Shown one piece after another: positions 1-9,231 of a stretch of 64,000 bases of DNA (the stretch's first letter is position 1; the number at the start of each line of letters is the position of its first letter). This DNA is from Candidatus Omnitrophota bacterium. GTDB lineage: Bacteria; Omnitrophota; Gorgyraeia; Zapsychrales; Zapsychraceae. The DNA is taken from NCBI GenBank assembly GCA_029261055.1, contig JAJDCA010000014.1, positions 143,984 through 207,983 on the forward strand, given 5' to 3'. The notes beneath the pieces are model-generated. The model had not been told where the DNA came from and did not search any database. It saw only the letters and a list, made by a program, of their open reading frames with translations. Position numbers and translations under genes: made by a program.

Positions 1-563
1 TGCGTAATCCTCGTGAGACCGTACGGGATTTGTCTGAGTCTGTGATGCGGCAAGTCATCGGTGACAGTTCTGTTTCTGAAGCTCTGACGACGCGTCGTGT
101 GGTCATTAATCAAAAAGCCGAAGAAAAATTGCAGGCTATTTTGGATGGGTACGAAAGCGGAATTCAGATTGAACATGTCAAATTACAGGACGTTGACCCA
201 CCGGAAAAAGTGCAACGTTCGTTTAATGAGGTAAATGAGGCTAAGCAGGAAAAAGAGAAAGTCATCAACCAGGCGAGGGAAGCCGAGAATAAGGTTATCC
301 CCGAAGCTAAGGGAAAGGCTGAGAAAACCATCAGGGAATCCGAAGCCTACGCATTGGTACGTGTTAAAAATGCGGAAGGGGATGCGGCAAAATTTTTAGC
401 GACCTGGGAGGCCTACAAATTTTCTAAAGATATTACGCGTAAGCGTATGTATTTAGAGACACTTCAAAAGGTTATTCCTAAAGCCGGTAAAATTTATGTC
501 TTTGAACCAGGGGCAAATAATATTTTACCCTTATTGAAATTAAATGAAGGAGTTCAACAATGA
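1..563 (+). CDS. hflK: HflK (SPFH/band-7 protease modulator), 5'-partial: the frame is open to the window edge
   Basis: Translation matches the HflK C-terminal region (ETLQKV, KIYVF motifs). Its stop overlaps the hflC start by 4 nt (ATGA), and hflC follows immediately. Confidence 0.8.
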   Translation, partial: RNPRETVRDLSESVMRQVIGDSSVSEALTTRRVVINQKAEEKLQAILDGYESGIQIEHVKLQDVDPPEKVQRSFNEVNEAKQEKEKVINQAREAENKVIPEAKGKAEKTIRESEAYALVRVKNAEGDAAKFLATWEAYKFSKDITRKRMYLETLQKVIPKAGKIYVFEPGANNILPLLKLNEGVQQ

Positions 564-1531
564 ATAAAATAAATAAAATATTACCTCTGATTGTCATTAT
601 TTTTGTTTTGATTGGCTCCTTATTTTTCAGTGGGGCTTTGTACACCGTGGATGAAACGCAACAGGTTATTGTGACTCGTTTTGGTGAGCCAATGGGCCAA
701 GCGATTACAGAAGCTGGATTACATTTTAAAATGCCGTTTGTTGAAAAGGCGACGTATTTTGAAAAACGACTTCTTCAATGGGACGGTGACCCGAATGAGA
801 TTCAGACGCTGGGAAAGAGATACATCTGGGTCGATACCACCGCCCGCTGGCGTATTGTCGATGCTCTAAAGTTTATGCAAACAGTGCGATCTGAGGTTAG
901 TGCTCAGGCACGGTTGGATGACATTATTGACGGAGCCACGCGCGATGTGATTGCCAGTCACAAACAGATCGAGTCCTTGCGTGATACCAACCGGCTGGTT
1001 GAAGAATTTAAAAAAGGAAAAATAAATGATGTTGATTTTGAGGTACAGCAAACCGCATTTGAGGCAATCAAATATGGGAGGGAAGGATTGAGCCGTATGA
1101 TTTTGAAACAATCCTCCAAAGCCATCTCGGAATTCGGGATTGAACTTGTCGATGTCAGGATTAAACGTATTAATTACATTCAGGATGTCCGCACCAAGGT
1201 GTATGACCGGATGATTTCCGAGCGTAATGCAGCAGCCGCCCGTTACCGCTCCGAAGGACAAGGAAAAAAAGCGGAAATTGAAGGGCAGATGGGGAAGGAA
1301 CTCAAGCGTATTCAGGCCGAGGCTTACAAAACAGCACAGGTCGTTAAAGGGGATGCTGACGCCAAGGCTATTAAAATTTACGCCAGTGCCTACAACAAAG
1401 ATCCGGACTTTTATGCGTTTCTTAAAACGTTAGAAAGTTACAAATACACCATCAATAAAGACACCACGCTTATGCTCACGACAGACAATGAATTCTACGA
1501 ACAGTTGCAAGGGGCAGGTAAGGCGCAATAA
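560..1531 (+). CDS. hflC: HflC (SPFH/band-7, FtsH modulator)
   Basis: 323 aa with an N-terminal TM helix followed by a band-7 domain (YTVDETQQVIVTRFGE). Classic hflK-hflC pairing with a 4-nt overlap. Confidence 0.85.
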   Translation: MNKINKILPLIVIIFVLIGSLFFSGALYTVDETQQVIVTRFGEPMGQAITEAGLHFKMPFVEKATYFEKRLLQWDGDPNEIQTLGKRYIWVDTTARWRIVDALKFMQTVRSEVSAQARLDDIIDGATRDVIASHKQIESLRDTNRLVEEFKKGKINDVDFEVQQTAFEAIKYGREGLSRMILKQSSKAISEFGIELVDVRIKRINYIQDVRTKVYDRMISERNAAAARYRSEGQGKKAEIEGQMGKELKRIQAEAYKTAQVVKGDADAKAIKIYASAYNKDPDFYAFLKTLESYKYTINKDTTLMLTTDNEFYEQLQGAGKAQ

Positions 1532-1540
1532 ACGGTTTTT

Positions 1541-4333
1541 ATGAAATCTGATTCTCTCATCATTCGTGGAGCTAAGGAACATAATTTAAAAAATATTGAC
1601 CTCGTCATACCACGCAATAAGTTTGTGGTTGTGACGGGGTTAAGCGGTTCAGGCAAATCTTCTTTGGCGTTTGATACCATTTATGCTGAGGGGCAGCGGC
1701 GGTATGTTGAAAGCCTTTCGGCGTATGCCCGCCAGTTTTTAGAGCAGTTGAAGAAGCCGGATGTGGAATCCATTGAAGGTCTTTCGCCCACCATTTCCAT
1801 CGAACAAAAAACTACCAGTCGCAATCCTCGTTCAACGGTGGCTACTCAGACAGAAATTAATGATTATTTACGTTTATTGTTTGCCCGTATCGGCACGCCG
1901 TATTGTTACAAATGTGGCAAGGTTATTGATCGTCAAACGATTCAGGAAATCGTTAAGCAGATTTTGGTTTACAAAGAAGGCACCGCTTTATTGCTTTTAG
2001 CTCCGCTTATTCGAGGGCGCAAAGGGGAGTATCGCAATATTGCCAATCAAGTCGCTAAGGCTGGTTTTGCGCGTTTAAGAGTGGATGGTCAGATTTATGC
2101 CGTCGAAGATACGATTCAATTGGACAAATACAAAGTGCATCATATTGAAGTTGTGGTGGATCGTCTTAAGATTAAACCGGGCATAAAAAAGCGGCTTACC
2201 GATTCTATTGAAACAGCGCTTCAGACAGGTCAGGGCATCATGATGGTAGATTTTGATGGCAAGTTTCCTGAAAAACTTTTTAGTGAAAAATATGCCTGTG
2301 TAGATTGTGGTGTCAGTATTACGGAGGTGGAACCGCGCACGTTTTCTTTTAATTCTCCCTATGGGGCGTGTCCGGAATGTAAGGGGCTGGGGACCAAGAT
2401 GGAAATTGATCCGGAGCTGTTGGTGCCGGATATTTCTAAGGCGTGGGTGAATGCGATTGCTCCTGCTAAAAAAGGACGGCGGGGATATTTGATGTATTAC
2501 CGGGCTGTGATGAGGGAATTAGCTAAACTTCATAAAATGGATGCGTATGCGCCATTTGAAGAGTTGAATTCAGAAATGAAAAATGTTATTTTTTATGGTT
2601 CCGAAGACGTGATTTTTGGCAAGCCGTACGAGGGGGTGGCTAATTATTTGGAGCGACTATTTATTGAGACGGACAGCAGTTGGCTTAAAGACGAAATTTC
2701 ACGCTACATGTCGGTTTTGCCCTGTCTTGTGTGTAAAGGTTCACGGTTTAGAAAGGAATCGTTGGCAGTAAAGGTTGCAGGAAAGAATATTGCGGAAGTG
2801 ACTTTATTTTCGATTGAGAAAGCCAAAGAGTTTTTTTCTAATTTAAAGTTGTCTAAAGATAAGGCCATTATTAGCGAGGCGATTTTTAAAGAAATTAATC
2901 GGCGCCTGGATTTTTGTTTGAATGTGGGATTAGGGTATTTGACGTTAGATCGTAAAAGTTCCACGCTTTCCGGCGGGGAGGCGGAGCGTATTCGTCTGGC
3001 GACTCAGGTAGGGTCCGGACTGGTGGGGGTGATTTACATTTTAGATGAACCCAGTATTGGTTTGCATGCCAAAGACAATGAGCGGCTTTTATCTACGCTG
3101 CATGCTTTGCGGGATATGGGGAATACGTTGATTGTGGTTGAGCACGATGAAGAAACGATTCGCCGATCAGATTACATCATCGACCTTGGTCCCGGAGCAG
3201 GCGTTCATGGGGGTGAGGTGACTTACAAAGGCACTGTGGCGGGGGCACTTAAATCTAAGGGTTCCTTGACGGGGCAATATTTGAGCGGCCGGTTAAAAAT
3301 TTCCAAACCAACGACACGGCGCGAGAGTGTTAAGGCGAATCAAATTAAAGTTTTTGGGGCTAAAGAAAATAATCTTAAAAATATTACGGTGAGTGTGCCT
3401 TTGGGCACCTTTACATGTATCACCGGTGTTTCAGGTTCAGGAAAGTCGACTTTGGTGGATGAAATTTTGTACAAAGTTTTAGCGCAGAAAATTTATCATT
3501 CCAAAGAAAAACCTGGAAAACATCGTAAGGTTACCGGGGTTGAGCATATTGATAAAGTGATTGAAGTTGACCAATCGCCGATCGGTCGTACGCCGCGGTC
3601 TAATCCAGCGACGTACACAGGGATTTTTAGCCATATTCGTGATTTATTCAGCCGGTTGCCGGAATCTAAAATGCGGGGATACAAACCCGGACGTTTTAGT
3701 TTTAATGTGAAGGGTGGACGGTGTGAGGCTTGCAAAGGAGATGGAATTTTAAAAATTGAAATGCATTTTTTGCCGGATGTGTATGTGGAATGTGAAGTAT
3801 GCCATGGGGCGAGGTTTACGGAACAGACGTTGGAAGTTGAATTTCACGGGAAAAATATCACGGACATTTTAGGCTTGTCTGTGGTGGACGCTTTGGATCT
3901 TTTTCAAAATATTCCACGTGTTAAGAAAATATTGCAGACCTTAAATGATGTAGGGCTTGGGTACATTAAACTTGGCCAACCGGCAACGACACTTTCCGGT
4001 GGAGAGGCGCAACGGGTGAAGTTGGCGAGTGAATTATGTAAAATGGCAACAGGACGGACATTGTACATTTTGGATGAGCCGACGACAGGATTGCATTTTG
4101 CTGATGTGGAGAAGTTATTGGTTGTTTTACAACGGTTGGTGGATAAAGGGAATACGGTTTTGATAATTGAACATAATTTGGAAGTGATTAAGAATGCGGA
4201 TTATGTTATTGATTTGGGTCCCGAAGGAGGCGATCGAGGTGGTCAAGTCATTTTTGCCGGCTCACCGGAGGCTCTCAGTCAACATAAAACTTCTTACACC
4301 GGGAAGTATTTGCTGGAGGCGCTTAAAAAATAA
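1541..4333 (+). CDS. uvrA: Excinuclease ABC subunit A (UvrA)
   Basis: 930 aa with two ABC ATPase modules (GLSGSGKSSLAFDTIYAEGQRRY and GVSGSGKSTLV), zinc-finger CxxC pairs and LSGGE signature motifs. Confidence 0.95.
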   Translation: MKSDSLIIRGAKEHNLKNIDLVIPRNKFVVVTGLSGSGKSSLAFDTIYAEGQRRYVESLSAYARQFLEQLKKPDVESIEGLSPTISIEQKTTSRNPRSTVATQTEINDYLRLLFARIGTPYCYKCGKVIDRQTIQEIVKQILVYKEGTALLLLAPLIRGRKGEYRNIANQVAKAGFARLRVDGQIYAVEDTIQLDKYKVHHIEVVVDRLKIKPGIKKRLTDSIETALQTGQGIMMVDFDGKFPEKLFSEKYACVDCGVSITEVEPRTFSFNSPYGACPECKGLGTKMEIDPELLVPDISKAWVNAIAPAKKGRRGYLMYYRAVMRELAKLHKMDAYAPFEELNSEMKNVIFYGSEDVIFGKPYEGVANYLERLFIETDSSWLKDEISRYMSVLPCLVCKGSRFRKESLAVKVAGKNIAEVTLFSIEKAKEFFSNLKLSKDKAIISEAIFKEINRRLDFCLNVGLGYLTLDRKSSTLSGGEAERIRLATQVGSGLVGVIYILDEPSIGLHAKDNERLLSTLHALRDMGNTLIVVEHDEETIRRSDYIIDLGPGAGVHGGEVTYKGTVAGALKSKGSLTGQYLSGRLKISKPTTRRESVKANQIKVFGAKENNLKNITVSVPLGTFTCITGVSGSGKSTLVDEILYKVLAQKIYHSKEKPGKHRKVTGVEHIDKVIEVDQSPIGRTPRSNPATYTGIFSHIRDLFSRLPESKMRGYKPGRFSFNVKGGRCEACKGDGILKIEMHFLPDVYVECEVCHGARFTEQTLEVEFHGKNITDILGLSVVDALDLFQNIPRVKKILQTLNDVGLGYIKLGQPATTLSGGEAQRVKLASELCKMATGRTLYILDEPTTGLHFADVEKLLVVLQRLVDKGNTVLIIEHNLEVIKNADYVIDLGPEGGDRGGQVIFAGSPEALSQHKTSYTGKYLLEALKK

Positions 4334-6828
4334 TGAATTTTTTAATTTTCAAAAATAATTTATTGCAAAAGTTTAGCATAGTTATTTTGATGCTTTCTTT
4401 TTTGTGTGGATCTGTTGGCCTGTTACAGGCTCAAGAAAATGAACAAGAATTATTCTTGGTTGCGCAAAAGGCGTTTGAGGATGGGTTTTACGACGTGGCG
4501 ATGCGCTACATTAATCAACTTTTGGAACAATATCCTCAAACAGAAAAACGTGTGGAGACCAATCTATTATTGGGGCAGTGTTATTTTTTTAAGAGTCAAT
4601 ATCTTAAGGCCTATGATATTTTTCAGGATACGTTGCAATATGCAAAATTAAAAGATGCTACGATTTTTTGGCTTGGGGAAACATATTTAAAAGGAGCCGA
4701 TTACAAACAAGCAGAACAACATTACCGTCAGGTGATTGATGTTTATCCACATTCAGAATACGCGCCGCAAGCTTATTATTCATTGGGATGGGTATTTTTT
4801 GAGCGAAATGAATTTGTCGAAGCCAAGGAATTATTTCTTAAGTTAATTAAGAATTTTCCTATCCATCAACTTACCGAAGATGCGCTTTTTAAATTAGGTG
4901 AGTCTGAATACAATCTGCAGTCTTACGAAACGACCATTCAATATTTTACCAATTATGTTATGCGCTATCCTCAGTCAAGACGTCATGCCCAATGTTATTT
5001 TTACATCGCGGAGGCGTATTACTATTTGCAGGATGTTTTAACGGCGGTCACATATTACGCCAAGGCCGCCGAAATGGCTTACGACAATAATTTAATTCTT
5101 ATGGCAAGAGTCAGCTTAGGGTGGAGTTATCTTAAGCTTGGGAAGCTCAACTTAGCGCAGGGGCATTTTGATAGTGCCTATCAATTTTCGACTGAAAAAG
5201 GTATTCTGACGGATGATGTTCTTTTGGGGCAGGCTAGTCTTTATGTTGAAATGGGCCAGCACAAAAAAGCTATTGCTTCTTATGGAGAATTGATTGAGCA
5301 GTTTGTGAATAGTTCAAGAATTGCAGAGGCCTATTTGGGGTATGCCAATACTTACTATTTATTGGGAAAATATGCTGCGGCGATTAAATCGTACAAAATA
5401 CTTATTGAAAAATTGTCTGAAGATAAGGGGCGTCCTGAAATTATGGAAAAAGCCTACTTTGGTTTAGCCTGGGCCTATTTAAAAGCCGGCAATATTGATT
5501 CTTCTATTAAAACATTTGAAACAATTAAAGATAAAACACAAAGTAAGACAGTGAAAATCAGTGCCTTGACTCAAATTGGGGATGCTTATCAGGATGTTGG
5601 TCAATTTGAAAATGCCATTGAAATTTATGATAAAATCTTAAGAGAGTATCCGGAAAGTATTTATGTTGATTATGTGCAATACCGTCAAGGTATTGCCCTT
5701 TTAAAAATGGAAAGGATAGATGCGGCCACATTGTCGTTTCAGAGTTTGCAGACAAATTTTCCAGAGAGTCAATATCTTGCGGATGTGAAATATTATTTAG
5801 CGGTGGCCTATTTTACAAAGGAAGATTGGGCCACAGCGAAAAAACAAATTGTAGATTTTATTAATGGCGGATCCGGAGGGAGTGAACTTTTAGCTGAAGC
5901 GAATTACATTTTAGCTTTGTCGTATTTCAATCTTGAAGAATACAATGAAGCACAAAAGATTTTTCAGAAAATTATTCGAAACTACCCCAGTCAATCCGCT
6001 ATGCTTAAGAAGGCTGAGGTCAGTATTGCCAAATGTATTTACAAGTTAGGCGATGTTAAGACTGCTTTAAAAAGGTTTAAAATTTTTATTTACAAATATC
6101 CACAATCAGAAGCCACACAAGAGGCTTTAATGTGGTTGGGAGAACATTATGAAGAAAGCGAAGAATTGAGTCAGTCTCTCGGGTATTACGAAAAATTTAT
6201 TGCAGATTTTCCGGGTAGTGAAAAATTAGGAACGGTTTATTACAAATTAGGTCAAGTTTATGAAGCCCAACAAGAATATGATCAAGCCATCAAGGCTTTT
6301 AAAAAGATTAACGCTGAAAAAGATTCTTCTCTTTTTGCACAGGCTCAGCTTGCGATTGCAAGTATTTTTACAAAAGAGTTAGATCATGAAAAAGCATTAA
6401 AAACATATCAGGATATTATTTTGACATCGCCGGAATTTAAACGAGATGCCTATGTAAAAATTGCTGAAGTTTGGATGGCAGCGAAAGATTATGCTAAGAC
6501 TATTGTTGCTTATCAAAATGCACTTCATTCAGATAAAGGGGAAAGTAAATTCATAAAAGCTCAATTGCAATTTAATATTGCAGATATGTATGAACGTTTG
6601 AATCAACGAAAGGCTAGTGTTGACGAATATCTTAAAATTCCTTACCTTTATCCCGAAGATGTTCCATGGGTTGTGAGGGCTTATTTACGTGTTGGAAGGA
6701 TTTTTGAAGATGATGAACAATGGGAAGATGCAAAAATTATTTACAATAAAATTGTTCAATTTCAGACGGATGAGTTAAAATTTGCTCAGGAACGCCTTGA
6801 ATGGATTGAAAAAAATACCGTGGAGTAA
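4333..6828 (+). CDS. Large secreted tetratricopeptide-repeat protein (831 aa)
   Basis: N-terminal signal-like hydrophobic segment followed by many TPR-like repeats rich in Y/A/L (AxxYYxLG pattern). No catalytic motif is recognisable. Confidence 0.65.
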   Translation: MNFLIFKNNLLQKFSIVILMLSFLCGSVGLLQAQENEQELFLVAQKAFEDGFYDVAMRYINQLLEQYPQTEKRVETNLLLGQCYFFKSQYLKAYDIFQDTLQYAKLKDATIFWLGETYLKGADYKQAEQHYRQVIDVYPHSEYAPQAYYSLGWVFFERNEFVEAKELFLKLIKNFPIHQLTEDALFKLGESEYNLQSYETTIQYFTNYVMRYPQSRRHAQCYFYIAEAYYYLQDVLTAVTYYAKAAEMAYDNNLILMARVSLGWSYLKLGKLNLAQGHFDSAYQFSTEKGILTDDVLLGQASLYVEMGQHKKAIASYGELIEQFVNSSRIAEAYLGYANTYYLLGKYAAAIKSYKILIEKLSEDKGRPEIMEKAYFGLAWAYLKAGNIDSSIKTFETIKDKTQSKTVKISALTQIGDAYQDVGQFENAIEIYDKILREYPESIYVDYVQYRQGIALLKMERIDAATLSFQSLQTNFPESQYLADVKYYLAVAYFTKEDWATAKKQIVDFINGGSGGSELLAEANYILALSYFNLEEYNEAQKIFQKIIRNYPSQSAMLKKAEVSIAKCIYKLGDVKTALKRFKIFIYKYPQSEATQEALMWLGEHYEESEELSQSLGYYEKFIADFPGSEKLGTVYYKLGQVYEAQQEYDQAIKAFKKINAEKDSSLFAQAQLAIASIFTKELDHEKALKTYQDIILTSPEFKRDAYVKIAEVWMAAKDYAKTIVAYQNALHSDKGESKFIKAQLQFNIADMYERLNQRKASVDEYLKIPYLYPEDVPWVVRAYLRVGRIFEDDEQWEDAKIIYNKIVQFQTDELKFAQERLEWIEKNTVE

Positions 6829-6837
6829 AAATTTATT

Positions 6838-6946
6838 ATTAAAGAAGCAAGAGGCAGAGAAGCAAGAAGCAAAGAATTAAGCAAATAAATTAATTTAGTT
6901 TTTGTTTTTTCTTTGCATCTTATTGCTTTACTTCTCTATTTCTTAA
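6838..6946. repeat. Copy A of a dispersed ~100-bp intergenic palindromic element with an AG-rich left arm and a CT-rich right arm
   Basis: The left arm aaagaagcaagaggcagagaagcaagaagcaaagaa and the right arm ttttttctttgcatcttattgctttacttctctatttctt are imperfect reverse complements. Related copies occur at 49670-49782, 50785-50890 and 55084-55178. This copy ends 15 nt before the exbB RBS and ATG. Confidence 0.6.
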
Positions 6947-6961
6947 AGGTGAGGAGAAGCA

Positions 6962-7612
6962 ATGGATACTATTTGGGAAATGAGCGCATGGAAGTTGATC
7001 AAAGCAGGGGGGCCGATTATGGTTCCGATTTTATTGTGTTCGTTATTTGCGCTGACGATTATTGTTGAAAAGTTTTGGTATTTTTTCTTAATTAAAACAA
7101 ATGTTCTTCAACTTAAGCAGCAGGTATTTGACTATTTAAAAAATAATAAGATTCCGGAAGCTGTGGAATTATGTGATGCCAACCGTTCGCCTGTAGCTAA
7201 AATTCTTAAGGCCGGAGTTGTGAAATTTGGGTCTTCTCGAGAATCAATTAAAGAGAATATGGAAGATGTTAGTTTATTTGAAATTCCTAAATTGGAAAGT
7301 CGCTTAGGGGCACTGGCGACCATTGCGCATATTTCTCCTTTGTTGGGGCTTTTGGGGACGGTGACAGGTATGGCGGCAAGTTTTCATACGATTCAGATGA
7401 GGGCGGCATCTCTGAACCCTGTCACCCCAGGCGATTTAGCCGGTGGAATCGGCGAGGCCCTTTTGACGACTGTGGCAGGCCTTATGGTCGCCATTCCGAC
7501 ATTTGTTGCCTACAATTATTGTATCAACCGTATTAATTATTTTGTTTTGGAAATGGAGAGAGGGGCAACGGAATTGGTGAATTTTATGAGCCAGACCGCG
7601 GAGGTAAAATGA
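6962..7612 (+). CDS. exbB: MotA/TolQ/ExbB-family proton channel
   Basis: 216 aa with three TM segments and the conserved C-terminal channel region (GLLGTVTGM...GIGEALLTTVAGLMVAIP). Overlaps the following exbD-like gene by 4 nt. Confidence 0.8.
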   Translation: MDTIWEMSAWKLIKAGGPIMVPILLCSLFALTIIVEKFWYFFLIKTNVLQLKQQVFDYLKNNKIPEAVELCDANRSPVAKILKAGVVKFGSSRESIKENMEDVSLFEIPKLESRLGALATIAHISPLLGLLGTVTGMAASFHTIQMRAASLNPVTPGDLAGGIGEALLTTVAGLMVAIPTFVAYNYCINRINYFVLEMERGATELVNFMSQTAEVK

Positions 7613-8013
7613 AATTTAAAAGGCATGCGAAATTAGAACATGGATTAAAGCAGATTGATATTGCCCCGTTGATTGATGTTATTTTTCAGCTTTTAATATT
7701 TTTTATGCTTTCATCTTCTTTTACGTTTCAATCCGGAATTAGCGTAAAGCTGCCCAAAGCCGTAACAAGTGATATTATCAAAGAAGAAAATTTTATTATT
7801 ACCATTACCGGTGAAAATGTTGTTTACTTCAACGGCGTGATTTCCACGTTAAAAGAATTGAAACAAAAGTTAGATCGGCCTAATATTAAAAAAAGACCGC
7901 TTCTTATTAAGGCTGATCGACGGGCATCTGTTGGGCGTATTGTTGACATATGGGATTTGTGTCGGAATTTAGAAATTGAAAAGATTAACATTGCAACGAA
8001 CCAGGAGAGGTGA
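7609..8013 (+). CDS. exbD: ExbD/TolR-family protein
   Basis: 134 aa with a single N-terminal TM (IDIAPLIDVIFQLLIFFM) followed by a periplasmic domain. Translationally coupled to exbB. Confidence 0.8.
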   Translation: MKFKRHAKLEHGLKQIDIAPLIDVIFQLLIFFMLSSSFTFQSGISVKLPKAVTSDIIKEENFIITITGENVVYFNGVISTLKELKQKLDRPNIKKRPLLIKADRRASVGRIVDIWDLCRNLEIEKINIATNQER

Positions 8014-8441
8014 TGATAGGCCGATCTTTCATCGTTTCATTTTTTTTGCATCTTATTATTTTTAGTGCTTTTATTTTTGTCCTTCCCGCCCGTTTTAATT
8101 TCCCTAAACCTATGTTTGTTTTTTTAGGGCCAATTTTAAAAAGTCAAAATATTGTTGGGCTAGGGGCAAAAGGAAAGAAGGCCAAAATAAATGTCAGTCT
8201 ACGAAAGTTTGTTTATGGGGTTCAGGAAAAACGTGCTTTTTCTGTAATGGGTGTAGACAAGAAATGGGCACAGGCATCTAAGGAATTTATTGATCCCCCT
8301 AAAAGATCCTTAAAGTCATTTTTTGGGATGAACGGACAAACACAACATTCTTTAAAAGATAACAGGAAATCAGATTTAAAGGATATCGGTGTAGATATGG
8401 ATACAACGCCCTATCATCCTCTAAAATTTAATTCGCCATGA
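8010..8441 (+). CDS. Hypothetical membrane protein resembling a TonB/TolA N-terminal anchor; no recognisable TonB C-terminal domain
   Basis: 143 aa with an N-terminal TM (FFLHLIIFSAFIFVLP) and then a Lys/Pro-rich segment. Its position as third gene after exbB-exbD matches where tonB usually sits. Confidence 0.35.
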   Translation: MMIGRSFIVSFFLHLIIFSAFIFVLPARFNFPKPMFVFLGPILKSQNIVGLGAKGKKAKINVSLRKFVYGVQEKRAFSVMGVDKKWAQASKEFIDPPKRSLKSFFGMNGQTQHSLKDNRKSDLKDIGVDMDTTPYHPLKFNSP

Positions 8442-8683
8442 TTAAAATTGACATCGTTGTAGCCATATCGATATATTTATCTTTTACATTGGCGCTTGTT
8501 TTTATTTTCTGGATATTTTATACTTGTAATGCAAAGAGTGTTATGGGAGAAAGTAACTATTTGAAGCAATGTGTTTATTGTACGTATGTTTTTTTTGAGT
8601 ATAAAAAAAAGAATGTACTGATTTGTCCAAGATGTAAGAGTTACATAACTATGGAGAAGGATTACGGTAGTACAAAAAAGTAG
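8438..8683 (+). CDS. Small membrane-anchored Cys4 zinc-ribbon protein (81 aa)
   Basis: N-terminal TM helix followed by CVYC...(17 aa)...CPRC. Overlaps the upstream gene by 4 nt. Confidence 0.4.
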   Translation: MIKIDIVVAISIYLSFTLALVFIFWIFYTCNAKSVMGESNYLKQCVYCTYVFFEYKKKNVLICPRCKSYITMEKDYGSTKK

Positions 8684-8695
8684 GTAAAGGAGATT

Positions 8696-9037
8696 GTGAT
8701 AATGTTAAGACAGTTAAAACGTAATAAGCAAGGGGTAGTTTTTATTACAATTCTTACAGTAATTCTTGGGTTAATGATTTTACTTGTAGGTTTTATGAGT
8801 TTAAACGTGAGTCAAGTTATGATTACAGAAAAAGAAATTGATAGTATTCAAGCAGAAATCGTTGGTTTAGGAGCCCTTGGAAGAGCCTTAGTAAGCCAAA
8901 TGTCTGCGACCCCCGCCAATTTAATCACCTACAATCAGATGATTGGCCAAAAAACATTTGATATTATTATTACTAGAGATACTTCTGGTGGCGGAATTAG
9001 TGGTACTGACATGTTAAGTGTTACAGTAGATTATTGA
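8696..9037 (+). CDS. Hypothetical small membrane protein (113 aa)
   Basis: An N-terminal TM helix (VVFITILTVILGLMILLVGF). There is no prepilin cleavage motif and no recognisable domain. Confidence 0.3.
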   Translation: MIMLRQLKRNKQGVVFITILTVILGLMILLVGFMSLNVSQVMITEKEIDSIQAEIVGLGALGRALVSQMSATPANLITYNQMIGQKTFDIIITRDTSGGGISGTDMLSVTVDY

Positions 9038-9231
9038 TCTTCCTTAAAGCCCTTCTTAAATTTGGTTTAATTTTATTAAAATAATAGAGGATGTTATTGA
9101 CAGAGTACTCCTGGTATTGTCTAATTGTAATGGTATTGTAGAGACAAGGCGGAGCTTCATCTGAGACGTGGCAGCATGATGTTTTTACAGCAAGCATTCA
9201 ACCTGTAGCAAGAGTAAGGTTTTTTTAAAAA

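Noticed and set aside
681-1433. Short ORFs (681-869 +, 866-1261 -, 1227-1433 +) inside hflC
   Set aside because: They are fully nested in or antisense to a well-supported conserved gene, with no RBS or domain support.
9160-9185. Possible sigma54 (-24/-12) promoter TGGCAG-N5-TGTTT upstream of pilM
   Set aside because: The -12 element lacks the conserved GC (TGTT instead of TTGC), so the match is too weak to call. A TTGACA at 9098 is also present but has a poor -10.
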